64,000 nucleotides of DNA from Candidatus Micrarchaeota archaeon (GTDB taxonomy: Archaea; Micrarchaeota; Micrarchaeia; Anstonellales; Bilamarchaeaceae), in contig JBFLYM010000002.1 in the NCBI GenBank assembly GCA_040757035.1, positions 4,300 through 68,299 of the forward strand, in the 5' to 3' direction. A program made the position numbers and the translations under genes. A model generated the notes under the pieces. That model was not told where the DNA came from. It saw only the letters and a program-made list of their open reading frames with translations, and made no database searches. This document shows positions 56,392-64,000 of the stretch, piece after piece. How positions within the stretch are numbered: the stretch's first letter is position 1; each line of letters opens with the position of its first letter.

Positions 56392-57231
56392 TTACTTGTT
56401 TATTCCCGAAATTGCCATCCCTTGCCTTATCGCTTGGGTGAGAAGCTGCGCAATCGAGTTATAAGAATAATAATTTGCATTTATTGCTGCATTTTTTGCA
56501 TCGCAGAATGCGTGAGCTAAGTTTTGTCTAAACATTTCATTGTCAAATGAAAGCAATTCGCCTCCATATAGATACTTTCCGTCGTACGCAAAAACTATCT
56601 CGGCCCCGACTTCAAAAGGAAAAATACCAAGCATTTGGAGTGCTTTAGCTTTTCCTGCTGTTATAGTTTCACCTTGTTTCGCGATTATAGAATCTTTATT
56701 TACAGAAATTTTTCCTGCTTTTATCATAACATTAATCCCGGCTGTTTTGAGTTCTGAAAGTGCTGGTCCTGGAGGAAGTGCGGTATCTCCAGCAGGCACT
56801 ATAATCTCATAAGGTGCAACTTGTCTTGCTTTTGCTGCAACCTTTTTCCTATTTTTTCTAAAAAAGTTTATAAGTCCATATACACTCTGATTTGTAAGAA
56901 TTAATGCTGATGGATTAACAATATTACTAGCTTCATTAGTTAATCCAATATTTTGAAGCACTTTTTTGAGTACTATAAGCTTTGAAACTTTTATAATAGT
57001 TCCATCCTTTTCTCGTAAATTCTTTTTTATGGATTGGAGAAGATCATCCGGAAGATTATTTAGATTAAGTACCGCAATAACAGGATATTCCTTTGTTTTT
57101 GCACACAATTCGGAAATCAATTGTTTCTTTTTTATAATAGCGATTCTTTCATTCTTTTTATTAATATTATCAACATCTTTTTTTATATTTCCTATGGTTT
57201 TTATGACATTTTTTCCCATGATATCACGCAA
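56392..57231 (-). CDS. rplP0: 50S ribosomal protein P0 (L10)
   Basis: Position between L1 and P1, length and conserved central region. Confidence 0.8.
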   Translation of the reverse strand: MRDIMGKNVIKTIGNIKKDVDNINKKNERIAIIKKKQLISELCAKTKEYPVIAVLNLNNLPDDLLQSIKKNLREKDGTIIKVSKLIVLKKVLQNIGLTNEASNIVNPSALILTNQSVYGLINFFRKNRKKVAAKARQVAPYEIIVPAGDTALPPGPALSELKTAGINVMIKAGKISVNKDSIIAKQGETITAGKAKALQMLGIFPFEVGAEIVFAYDGKYLYGGELLSFDNEMFRQNLAHAFCDAKNAAINANYYSYNSIAQLLTQAIRQGMAISGINK

Positions 57232-57311
57232 TTGTCAATTATTATATAGACATTGTATAGTTATTATATGATTATATATGATTACATTTTTCTTTTCTAA
57301 TTCTTATTGGA

Positions 57312-57944
57312 TTACATAATTCTTATTGGCTTCCCCATAGTTAGTTTGAGATAAACCGATTTTATATTTCCTTCTGCTGTTTTATTCTTTATCGCATCAT
57401 AAACAGCTTCTGCATTATCAATTAAATTATCAATTAGCATGTCTTCAGTTCCTATAAATGTCTGGACGGTTGGAAGATATTTTCCTTTAGAAACAATTCG
57501 TACGCTTTTCCTTGCTCTTTCTATCGCTTCTTTTACATTATCTATAAGTGGTTTTGGAAGCTTGCCGCGCGGACCCAAATATTGCCCAACATTTTTAGCT
57601 ACAATGGACATTTGATTTGGTTGTGCAAGCATACTATATTCGTTTGCAAGCATTGCAAGTTTATCCTTTGCAGTATAAGAAGATATTTCTGTTGGTAATA
57701 TTGTAAGTTCTGCACCAGAATTTTTTGCTTCCCTGACTATTCCTTCATCGCCAACAACAGCAACTTTAGGCGATTTAGCGCCTTTCCCTTTTGGAAGCAC
57801 TATATCTAAATTTAATCTATTTTCTGATTTTGAAAAATCAATGCTCCTGAAATTGAATATCATCTCAACGCTTTGTATAAATTTTCGTTTTCCTTTTTCC
57901 TCAAGCATTTTTTGCATAGCTTCAATAATTTTATTTTTGTCCAT
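57312..57944 (-). CDS. rpl1: 50S ribosomal protein L1
   Basis: FIQSVEMIFNFRSID...LDIVLPKGKGK motifs. Probable start MDKNKIIEAM (ORF opens at 57995). Confidence 0.85.
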   Translation of the reverse strand: MDKNKIIEAMQKMLEEKGKRKFIQSVEMIFNFRSIDFSKSENRLNLDIVLPKGKGAKSPKVAVVGDEGIVREAKNSGAELTILPTEISSYTAKDKLAMLANEYSMLAQPNQMSIVAKNVGQYLGPRGKLPKPLIDNVKEAIERARKSVRIVSKGKYLPTVQTFIGTEDMLIDNLIDNAEAVYDAIKNKTAEGNIKSVYLKLTMGKPIRIM

Positions 57945-58021
57945 AAAAATCAATGAATCCGCAAATAAATAAAAAGCTTCGCATTTCCGGATCATTTATA
58001 GAATTTGCGAAATTTCGGTAA

Positions 58022-59617
58022 CTAAAATTTTGAAACATATGGACCATCCAAAAAATATCCTCGTTTATAATAATACGGTCTAACACCTACCGCGCTCAAT
58101 ATAACCATTTTCTTTTTATCAAATTCTTCGCTTGCTATTTTCTCAGCTTCGGCGAGCAATGAAGAACCAAATCCTCTATGTTGGACGCTTCCTTTTTTTC
58201 CTAATAAGGTTTCTTCGCCGTACACATGAAGTTCGCGCACAAGCGCGGTTTTATCTGTTATTTCAGGGCGAAAGGTTGAATTTGGAATACGAACTCTGAT
58301 AAATGCCGCGATCGTGTTGTTAATCTTGTCTTCAACTGAAAGAAATATCTCTTCTCCGCCGCTTGCGCTGTAATCGGTGCGCATGAAAACAGGTTCAACT
58401 ATTGGTTTTGCGCTAAGACCGGTTTCCCTATATCTTATTTCTCTTATATTTATTCCAAGCGACGCTGCTTTTCGCTCCACAATTTCGCGCAAATTGCTTT
58501 TTCTCACTCCGTCAGCAATCAAATTAGATGGAATATCGCGCTGAATGCGCATCACTCTTACATATTTCGGAATGTAGCGATATGCGCTTACTATTATTTG
58601 CGCTGCATCTTCTGTTGAATACGCGTCATATTCTTCCTTTTTCATCATTTCATAGAGATGAGTACCTGGAATAATGAGCGTAGGATATATTTTGAGCATA
58701 TCTGGTCTAAATCTTTTGTCAGAAAAAATCTTTTTAAACATTTCAATATCTTTTTTTGGAGATGAACCAGGAAGACCAATCATGATATGATATGCGATTT
58801 TAAATGCCGAATCTCTCAGGAGTTTTGTCGCTTCTATCACATGAGAAACGAAATGACCACGATTAATTATTTTATAGATGCTGTTAGAAATGTGCTGTAC
58901 GCCAAGCTCAACCTTTGTCACTCCGTACTTAAGCATTCTGTTTATTTCGTCTTGTCCGCAAACATCTGGTCGCGTTTCTATTGTAAGTCCGACCATTCTG
59001 TGAGCTGAAGTTTCATTGCGTCTTTTTGCGTTTTCAAGCGAATCTAATTTTTCTTCATTTAACGCATTATTGTTCAGTATATCATTATTTAGTGCATCAG
59101 CATTTAGCGTATCATAAAGCGATTTCACAAAATTTTCTTGATATGCAAATGGGGTGGAAAGAAAAGTGCCGCCCATTATTATTACATCACATTTTTCGGT
59201 TTTATGACAATTAAGTTTAAATTGTTTCAATCTGGTTTTTATCTGTTTTATAGGATCAAAACCATTGCTTCGCGCCCGCAATGCCGCTGGTTCGCTACCA
59301 GTATAACTTTTTGGTGCTTTTCCAGTATACGGGCAGTATATACAGTTCCACCTGCAAGAATTTTCCGGCGCGATCATCACCGCTATTGGAGTTACACCAG
59401 ACAGTGTGCGCACAGGTTTCCTTTTCAAAAGTTTTATTATTTTCTGGCTAAATTTATTTTTAGGAAATTTTTCTACAATTGAAGTATTTTTTATAAATTT
59501 GTTTAAACAAAATTTCACTGAAGCTTGGCGTTTGAGCTTTTCCAGATTAGTTTCACCATTAAGAATTTTATCTATAATATAAGAAATCGCCTTTGCTTTT
59601 GCGTCCATCTGATTCAC
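58022..59617 (-). CDS. elp3: Elongator protein 3 homolog (radical SAM + GNAT, tRNA U34 modification)
   Basis: CRWNCIYCP cluster motif, large radical-SAM core and C-terminal GNAT motif QHRGFGSSLLAEAEKIA. Confidence 0.8.
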   Translation of the reverse strand: MNQMDAKAKAISYIIDKILNGETNLEKLKRQASVKFCLNKFIKNTSIVEKFPKNKFSQKIIKLLKRKPVRTLSGVTPIAVMIAPENSCRWNCIYCPYTGKAPKSYTGSEPAALRARSNGFDPIKQIKTRLKQFKLNCHKTEKCDVIIMGGTFLSTPFAYQENFVKSLYDTLNADALNNDILNNNALNEEKLDSLENAKRRNETSAHRMVGLTIETRPDVCGQDEINRMLKYGVTKVELGVQHISNSIYKIINRGHFVSHVIEATKLLRDSAFKIAYHIMIGLPGSSPKKDIEMFKKIFSDKRFRPDMLKIYPTLIIPGTHLYEMMKKEEYDAYSTEDAAQIIVSAYRYIPKYVRVMRIQRDIPSNLIADGVRKSNLREIVERKAASLGINIREIRYRETGLSAKPIVEPVFMRTDYSASGGEEIFLSVEDKINNTIAAFIRVRIPNSTFRPEITDKTALVRELHVYGEETLLGKKGSVQHRGFGSSLLAEAEKIASEEFDKKKMVILSAVGVRPYYYKRGYFLDGPYVSKF

Positions 59618-59696
59618 TGATAATATCGCTGAGAGTTCCGCTTCCGCTTGTTTTTTTTTTTGCGAAGCGAATTATCATTATATCCTGCAAATACTT

Positions 59697-60860
59697 CTAT
59701 TGTGCTCTTTTCCTTACTTCAGAAACACAATATGCTTGCTGACTGATATTAGCTACGAGCGTGCAAAGTGTTTCATTTTTTGCGTACCACGCAGTTTCAA
59801 TCAAGCATATATCTCTTATTGATTCATTGCCTATCTTCAAACATAAATCACCGCGCTGCATCATGGGAGAAATCATCGCTATACAGTTATCTTTAGATTG
59901 ATTGGCAAATAGACATATTTCCGGAATGCGTTGCTGAATTGCATAAGTTTTTACACATTCATCTTTAGTAGTTTTATCCTTCAAACATGCCAATATCTGT
60001 TGTTCATTGTTTTTTGCATTGAAAAAAAGTTCATGCGTTGCTGTTTCATTTTCTGATATACGAAAGACAAATTCGCTTCGGTTTGCTTTGTTCCACCCAT
60101 TTTCTATAATCTTAGTTACCGCTCTTTTTGGTGTTCCAAAATAAGAGTAATCCATACTAACTGATAATACGTTGCTATCATTATCTACACAATACTCAAA
60201 CGAATAAGTTTTAGAAACGAATAATACCGGATCATCCTGATTCAAACCGATTTCTTTAAGGTCATCAAGTGTTAATTTTGAATAATCAAGTGTATATCTC
60301 ACTATGTTACATTCCGTTCCGTTTATATTTCCCTTTTCTATTTTTTCATTGAATTTTGCTGCGCCGCTTTCTAGGTATATCTTCATAGCTTTGGTGGGGT
60401 CGCTAATTTTATTTGAAATCAATTTATTTTTCATTCCCTCAAGTTCTGGCATTAAAGTTGAATTTTGCCCAATCTCTGAGCAGGAAGTGTTTTCAAAGTA
60501 AGTTACACATAGTACACTTGTATTAGAACCAAAATAACCTGATTTTTCAAAAACTGGCGTTTTTATCTTTACTATTGAGAAATCCGGCGAATGCACAATC
60601 CGAGTTTGAATTGAATAATCGTCAGGTTGGTCTACATATTCATAAGTATAGTTTTGATATTTATATGGCTTTTCTATTGCGGCAAGAACAATATTTGCCC
60701 CAATGGACAGATCTTCTTTTTGGAGCTCTTTTGAGACCCCCTCTATTGTACCGTGTGGATTTTTTTCAAGAGATCCCACTCCAACAGAGTATATTACATA
60801 ACCGGCTAGAAGCGTAACTATTAGTGCAGCAAATGGCATTATAAAATTTCTGATTTCCAT
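59697..60860 (-). CDS. hypothetical surface/secreted protein (N-terminal TM anchor, many N-x-S/T sequons, Cys-rich C-terminus)
   Basis: TM helix at residues 8-28, more than 12 NxS/T sites, and paired Cys in the last 120 aa. Confidence 0.4.
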   Translation of the reverse strand: MEIRNFIMPFAALIVTLLAGYVIYSVGVGSLEKNPHGTIEGVSKELQKEDLSIGANIVLAAIEKPYKYQNYTYEYVDQPDDYSIQTRIVHSPDFSIVKIKTPVFEKSGYFGSNTSVLCVTYFENTSCSEIGQNSTLMPELEGMKNKLISNKISDPTKAMKIYLESGAAKFNEKIEKGNINGTECNIVRYTLDYSKLTLDDLKEIGLNQDDPVLFVSKTYSFEYCVDNDSNVLSVSMDYSYFGTPKRAVTKIIENGWNKANRSEFVFRISENETATHELFFNAKNNEQQILACLKDKTTKDECVKTYAIQQRIPEICLFANQSKDNCIAMISPMMQRGDLCLKIGNESIRDICLIETAWYAKNETLCTLVANISQQAYCVSEVRKRAQ

Positions 60861-60864
60861 AAAA

Positions 60865-62016
60865 TCACCCTGAAATTATTTTGATTACATCACCATCTTT
60901 AAGGATATGATCTTTGCCGATATGCATGTTTCTTTTTGCATCCACAGAAGAAATAAAATTTTTTGCAAGTTCTGTATGTACTTTTGTAGCCAAATCCAAA
61001 GGTGTAGAATTTTTTTGAAGGAGGAAAACATTTGGAAGTATTGTACCTTTTTTGTCGCTCCATTTATGCTCATCTTCAACCGGATAAACAGCAATCATAC
61101 CGAGCATTTCATTCACTGCTTTTTCAAGCACATTCTGCACGCCTGTATTTCCATTTTCTTTTAGATATACCACTATCTTTTCAAGCGCTCTGTGTTGTTC
61201 GTCATTCGCATTTATTATTTTGAATTCTGAAGAACCGGGGATATACTCTATTACACCGCTTTTCGCCGCTTTTCTAAGCGCAAGCTCATACATTGATGAA
61301 CAAAAAGCTATTCGTGGGGCGAATTTTTCCTTTAATATATTCATGGTTTCTATACATGCCAAATCTGCTTTGTTCGCTGCTATGAAAATTGGTTTTGTCT
61401 TAGTTATTTCCTTTGCAAAACTTAGTTTTTGTTCTTCATCCCAATCCAATATTTTATGCAATTCCAATTTACCAACTATAGCTTCTACTTGCGCATTGCT
61501 CACTTTCATTGAATTGAAGATATCATAAATCGCAGAAATTGGTTTTCCTTTGACTTTATTCCAATTTCTTTCCAGAATTCCACTAATCCAATACATTATT
61601 TCTTTTTCTAGAAATTCAACTTCTTTCGCAGGATCGCAATTTTCGGTTGTTTTGCCCTCCAAATCACTTTTTCCGCTTGCGTCTATAACCTGAATAAGGG
61701 CATCGACTTGCCTGATATCATCTAAAAATTGCAATCCCAGCCCCTTTCCCAAATGTGCTTCTGGTACCAATCCAGCAACATCTATGATCTGTATTGGAAC
61801 AAATCTAGTTCCATCTATGCAAGAAGAGTCACGCGGTTCGCACTTCTTTCTGAGAATTGTATGGGGGCATTGCTTCCTTATATATGCTATCGCTTTATTC
61901 GGTTCGATTGTTGTAAACGGATATGGTGCGATTTTTACGTCAGCCATTGTCAACGCAGAAAAAAAAGTGCTTTTGCCAGTATTCGGTTTCCCAACAATTC
62001 CAAGTGAAACAGCCAT
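60865..62016 (-). CDS. ychF: P-loop GTPase/ATPase of the YchF/OLA1 family with C-terminal TGS domain
   Basis: GIVGKPNTGKSTFFSAL (G1), IAPYPFTTIEPN (G2) and DVAGLV (G3). TGS-like C-terminus ...KDGDVIKIISG. Confidence 0.55.
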   Translation of the reverse strand: MAVSLGIVGKPNTGKSTFFSALTMADVKIAPYPFTTIEPNKAIAYIRKQCPHTILRKKCEPRDSSCIDGTRFVPIQIIDVAGLVPEAHLGKGLGLQFLDDIRQVDALIQVIDASGKSDLEGKTTENCDPAKEVEFLEKEIMYWISGILERNWNKVKGKPISAIYDIFNSMKVSNAQVEAIVGKLELHKILDWDEEQKLSFAKEITKTKPIFIAANKADLACIETMNILKEKFAPRIAFCSSMYELALRKAAKSGVIEYIPGSSEFKIINANDEQHRALEKIVVYLKENGNTGVQNVLEKAVNEMLGMIAVYPVEDEHKWSDKKGTILPNVFLLQKNSTPLDLATKVHTELAKNFISSVDAKRNMHIGKDHILKDGDVIKIISG

Positions 62017-62087
62017 CTTATAACACGTTTTTCTGCGATTTTCTGTGAATTAAGTACAGATATATATTAAGTACAAGCATATATGAA

Positions 62088-62777
62088 TTAAGAAGTATAT
62101 AATGGGTCTTCTTCTTTGGTATAGGTCTCGTGAATTGTTTTCCATACTGCTCTTGCTTTCTTTTCACCAAGACCTTCAATTTTTAAAAAATCTTCCTCGC
62201 TCGCGCAAAAGAGCGCTTCCAAACTCCCAAAATGAATAAGCAGTTTTTTCGCCATACACGGACCTATCATCGGAAGCATCTCAACAACAGAGCGCTGGGT
62301 TTGCGCAAGGGTAAGCGATTTTCTTTTTGCGAATATTCTCATTTTTATTTTCTTCGCAAGTTGTTCGTGTTTCGCAATCGAATAAACAAGTTCGGCAGTG
62401 GATTTTTCATTTTTTGTGAAAAAAAGCGACGCGCCAAAATCTGTTATCACAGAAACATAAGCGCCCATAAGTGCTGCGCGACTAAGCGAATGTCCACTTG
62501 TTTTTTCGTTTCCCATTCCCTCTATTACAACTATTACATTTTCAAAATTTGCACGCAAATTCCGGAGTTGGGAAAAAAACCTGCCGTCCAATATAGATGC
62601 TTCAAAATCGCTGCGCGTTTTTCTTTCTACAATTGTTTTTTCAGAACAAACAAAATCTCCAACTTCAAGCATTTTCTCTTCTACTTCTGCACCGAATTCA
62701 GAGAGAAGATTCGCAAATCCGCGCTCGCGTTTATCAACTGCAATTTTTGCTTTTTGCTCTTGCATATACTCAGCCAA
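62088..62777 (-). CDS. short XPF/ERCC4-type structure-specific endonuclease with (HhH)2 domain
   Basis: GDFVCSEKTIVERKTRSDFEASILDGR contains the ERK/GDxn motif of the ERCC4 nuclease. C-terminal LEALFCASEEDFLKIEGLGEKKARAV is an HhH2. Confidence 0.55.
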   Translation of the reverse strand: MAEYMQEQKAKIAVDKRERGFANLLSEFGAEVEEKMLEVGDFVCSEKTIVERKTRSDFEASILDGRFFSQLRNLRANFENVIVVIEGMGNEKTSGHSLSRAALMGAYVSVITDFGASLFFTKNEKSTAELVYSIAKHEQLAKKIKMRIFAKRKSLTLAQTQRSVVEMLPMIGPCMAKKLLIHFGSLEALFCASEEDFLKIEGLGEKKARAVWKTIHETYTKEEDPLYTS

Positions 62778-63126
62778 TCAAATTACTCCGCTAACCAAAT
62801 TTTTCCGATCGTTTGCGAATCTTCAATATCATTTCTTCACTATCATTGGTTTTATATAGAGGCGATCAGACATGTTGGGACATGTTGGCTCATAAATCCC
62901 AGAAAAAATTTAAAAATTTTCCTGTGCGAAAAATTTTCCTGTGCGCAAAGCGGAAAGATGCGCAAAATAATTGTAAAATAGCAGCTTTCGGCTAAGTTTA
63001 ATCCGAAATGCGAAGCTTTTTATTTATTTGCGGATTTATTCCCATTAGACGAATATAGACAAATACCCTTTTTCTAAAAAGAGTAAGATCAAGAAAAAAA
63101 AGAGTAAGACTAAAAATGATGAAAAA

Positions 63127-63822
63127 ATGGTCGGTCTTGATAAGGCGATAATCGCCGATATCACTATAAATGGCGATGTATTTGAAATTTATGTAGATCC
63201 AGAAATGGCGAATGCGTATAAGGAGGGTAGAAAACCAGATACAAAAAATATTCTTGTAGTTGAAGAAGTATATTCTGATGCAAAAAAAGCAGAGCGCGCG
63301 AAAAGCAATGCGCTCCAGAAAGCATTTGGTACTACAGACGTGATGAAAATTCTTGAAATAATCTTAAAGAAAGGAAATCTTCAATTAACCACAGAACAAA
63401 AAAGAAAAAAAAGCGAAGAAAAATATAAACAAATTGTAACTATCCTTATGCAAGAAACCATAGATCCAAGAACGAATGCCCCACATACTCAATCTAGAAT
63501 AGAAGAAGCTTTAGAAAAAGCGCAGATTCATATCGATCCGTTTAAAGATGCGAGAGATCAACTTCCAGATATTATTAAAGAGATAAGAGCGATAATTCCA
63601 CTTAAATTTGAAAAGCTCAAAATAGCCGTGAAAATACCTGTTGAATATGCGCGTCGTTCTTACGGTACGCTAAAAAGTTGGGGAATTCTTAAAGAACAAT
63701 GGATGGGCGACGGTTCACTTATTGTAGTTATAGAAATTCCGGCAGGTATACAAGGCGAGTTTTACAGTAAAATAAATAAAATGACTGCAGGAAATAACGA
63801 AACTAAGATTATAGAAAAATAA
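63127..63822 (+). CDS. sdo1: ribosome maturation protein SBDS (Sdo1)
   Basis: FYSH-domain N-terminus (DVFEIYVDPEMANAYKEG) and the three-domain length. Confidence 0.8.
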   Translation: MVGLDKAIIADITINGDVFEIYVDPEMANAYKEGRKPDTKNILVVEEVYSDAKKAERAKSNALQKAFGTTDVMKILEIILKKGNLQLTTEQKRKKSEEKYKQIVTILMQETIDPRTNAPHTQSRIEEALEKAQIHIDPFKDARDQLPDIIKEIRAIIPLKFEKLKIAVKIPVEYARRSYGTLKSWGILKEQWMGDGSLIVVIEIPAGIQGEFYSKINKMTAGNNETKIIEK

Positions 63823-63849
63823 GCATTTGAAAGTAAATATAATTATTAG

Positions 63850-64000
63850 ATGCGAAATAATAGGGAAAGTATGGATATAGCTAATGCATTCAAATCCACG
63901 TTTAGAATAATTTTCGGTAGTGAATGCAATGTCCAACTTGAAGAATTGCGAGATTACCTTTGGAAATATCATTATCCTTCTTTCAAAAAAAAATCTTCGC
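63850..64000 (+). CDS. partial CDS, third paralog of the NAxKSTxK(V/I)(I/L)FG module seen twice in 32193-33782
   Basis: M..MDIANAFKSTFRIIFGSECNVQLEELRDYLWKY parallels NAWKSTCKVLFGEEIGELKEYEEW and DAFKSTFKVIFRKDIEGITPYEEW. Truncated by the window end. Confidence 0.45.
   Translation, partial: MRNNRESMDIANAFKSTFRIIFGSECNVQLEELRDYLWKYHYPSFKKKSS

Noticed and set aside
1-64000. CRISPR array
   Set aside because: No regularly spaced 25-40 bp repeats with unique spacers were seen. The direct repeats found are single pairs flanking genes.

Overview
This is an AT-rich (~35% GC), gene-dense archaeal chromosomal segment, identified as archaeal by its informational genes. Those include the L44e-S27e-aIF2alpha-Nop10-PAC2 operon, the L1-P0-P1 block, aIF5B, archaeal-type AspRS, Elp3, Pus10, TYW1, RNase Z, SBDS and a short XPF nuclease. 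Metabolic content includes a two-subunit 2-oxoacid:ferredoxin oxidoreductase and acetolactate synthase ilvBN. There is a shikimate-to-Phe/Tyr operon (aroE-aroK fusion, aroA, aroC, pheA, tyrA). Polyamine genes are a pyruvoyl arginine decarboxylase, a CN-hydrolase and the carboxy(nor)spermidine dehydrogenase/decarboxylase pair. Four radical-SAM enzymes and a GT2 glycosyltransferase are also present. Three class-III-signal-peptide (type IV pilin-like) genes and a prepilin peptidase are in the window. I found no rRNA gene, convincing tRNA gene or CRISPR array. The unusual features are these: (i) five paralogous AAA+ ATPase genes (four COG1373-type with the AAA_14 + DUF4143/PD-(D/E)xK-like architecture, one Arch_ATPase-type), several sitting in single-gene cassettes bounded by 20-52 bp direct repeats or by duplicated fragments of neighbouring coding sequence; (ii) a ~98-bp nested-hairpin repeat family with three near-identical copies, compensatory stem changes and many shorter derived motif copies; (iii) a CBS-domain protein fused to an HPF/RaiA-like domain; (iv) a PIN-like gene translationally coupled to an internally duplicated Cys-rich protein, with a third paralogous module at the window end; (v) pervasive 10-18 bp tandem micro-duplications, some in-frame at protein termini. 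All calls come from reading the translations and the DNA. No database search was possible.
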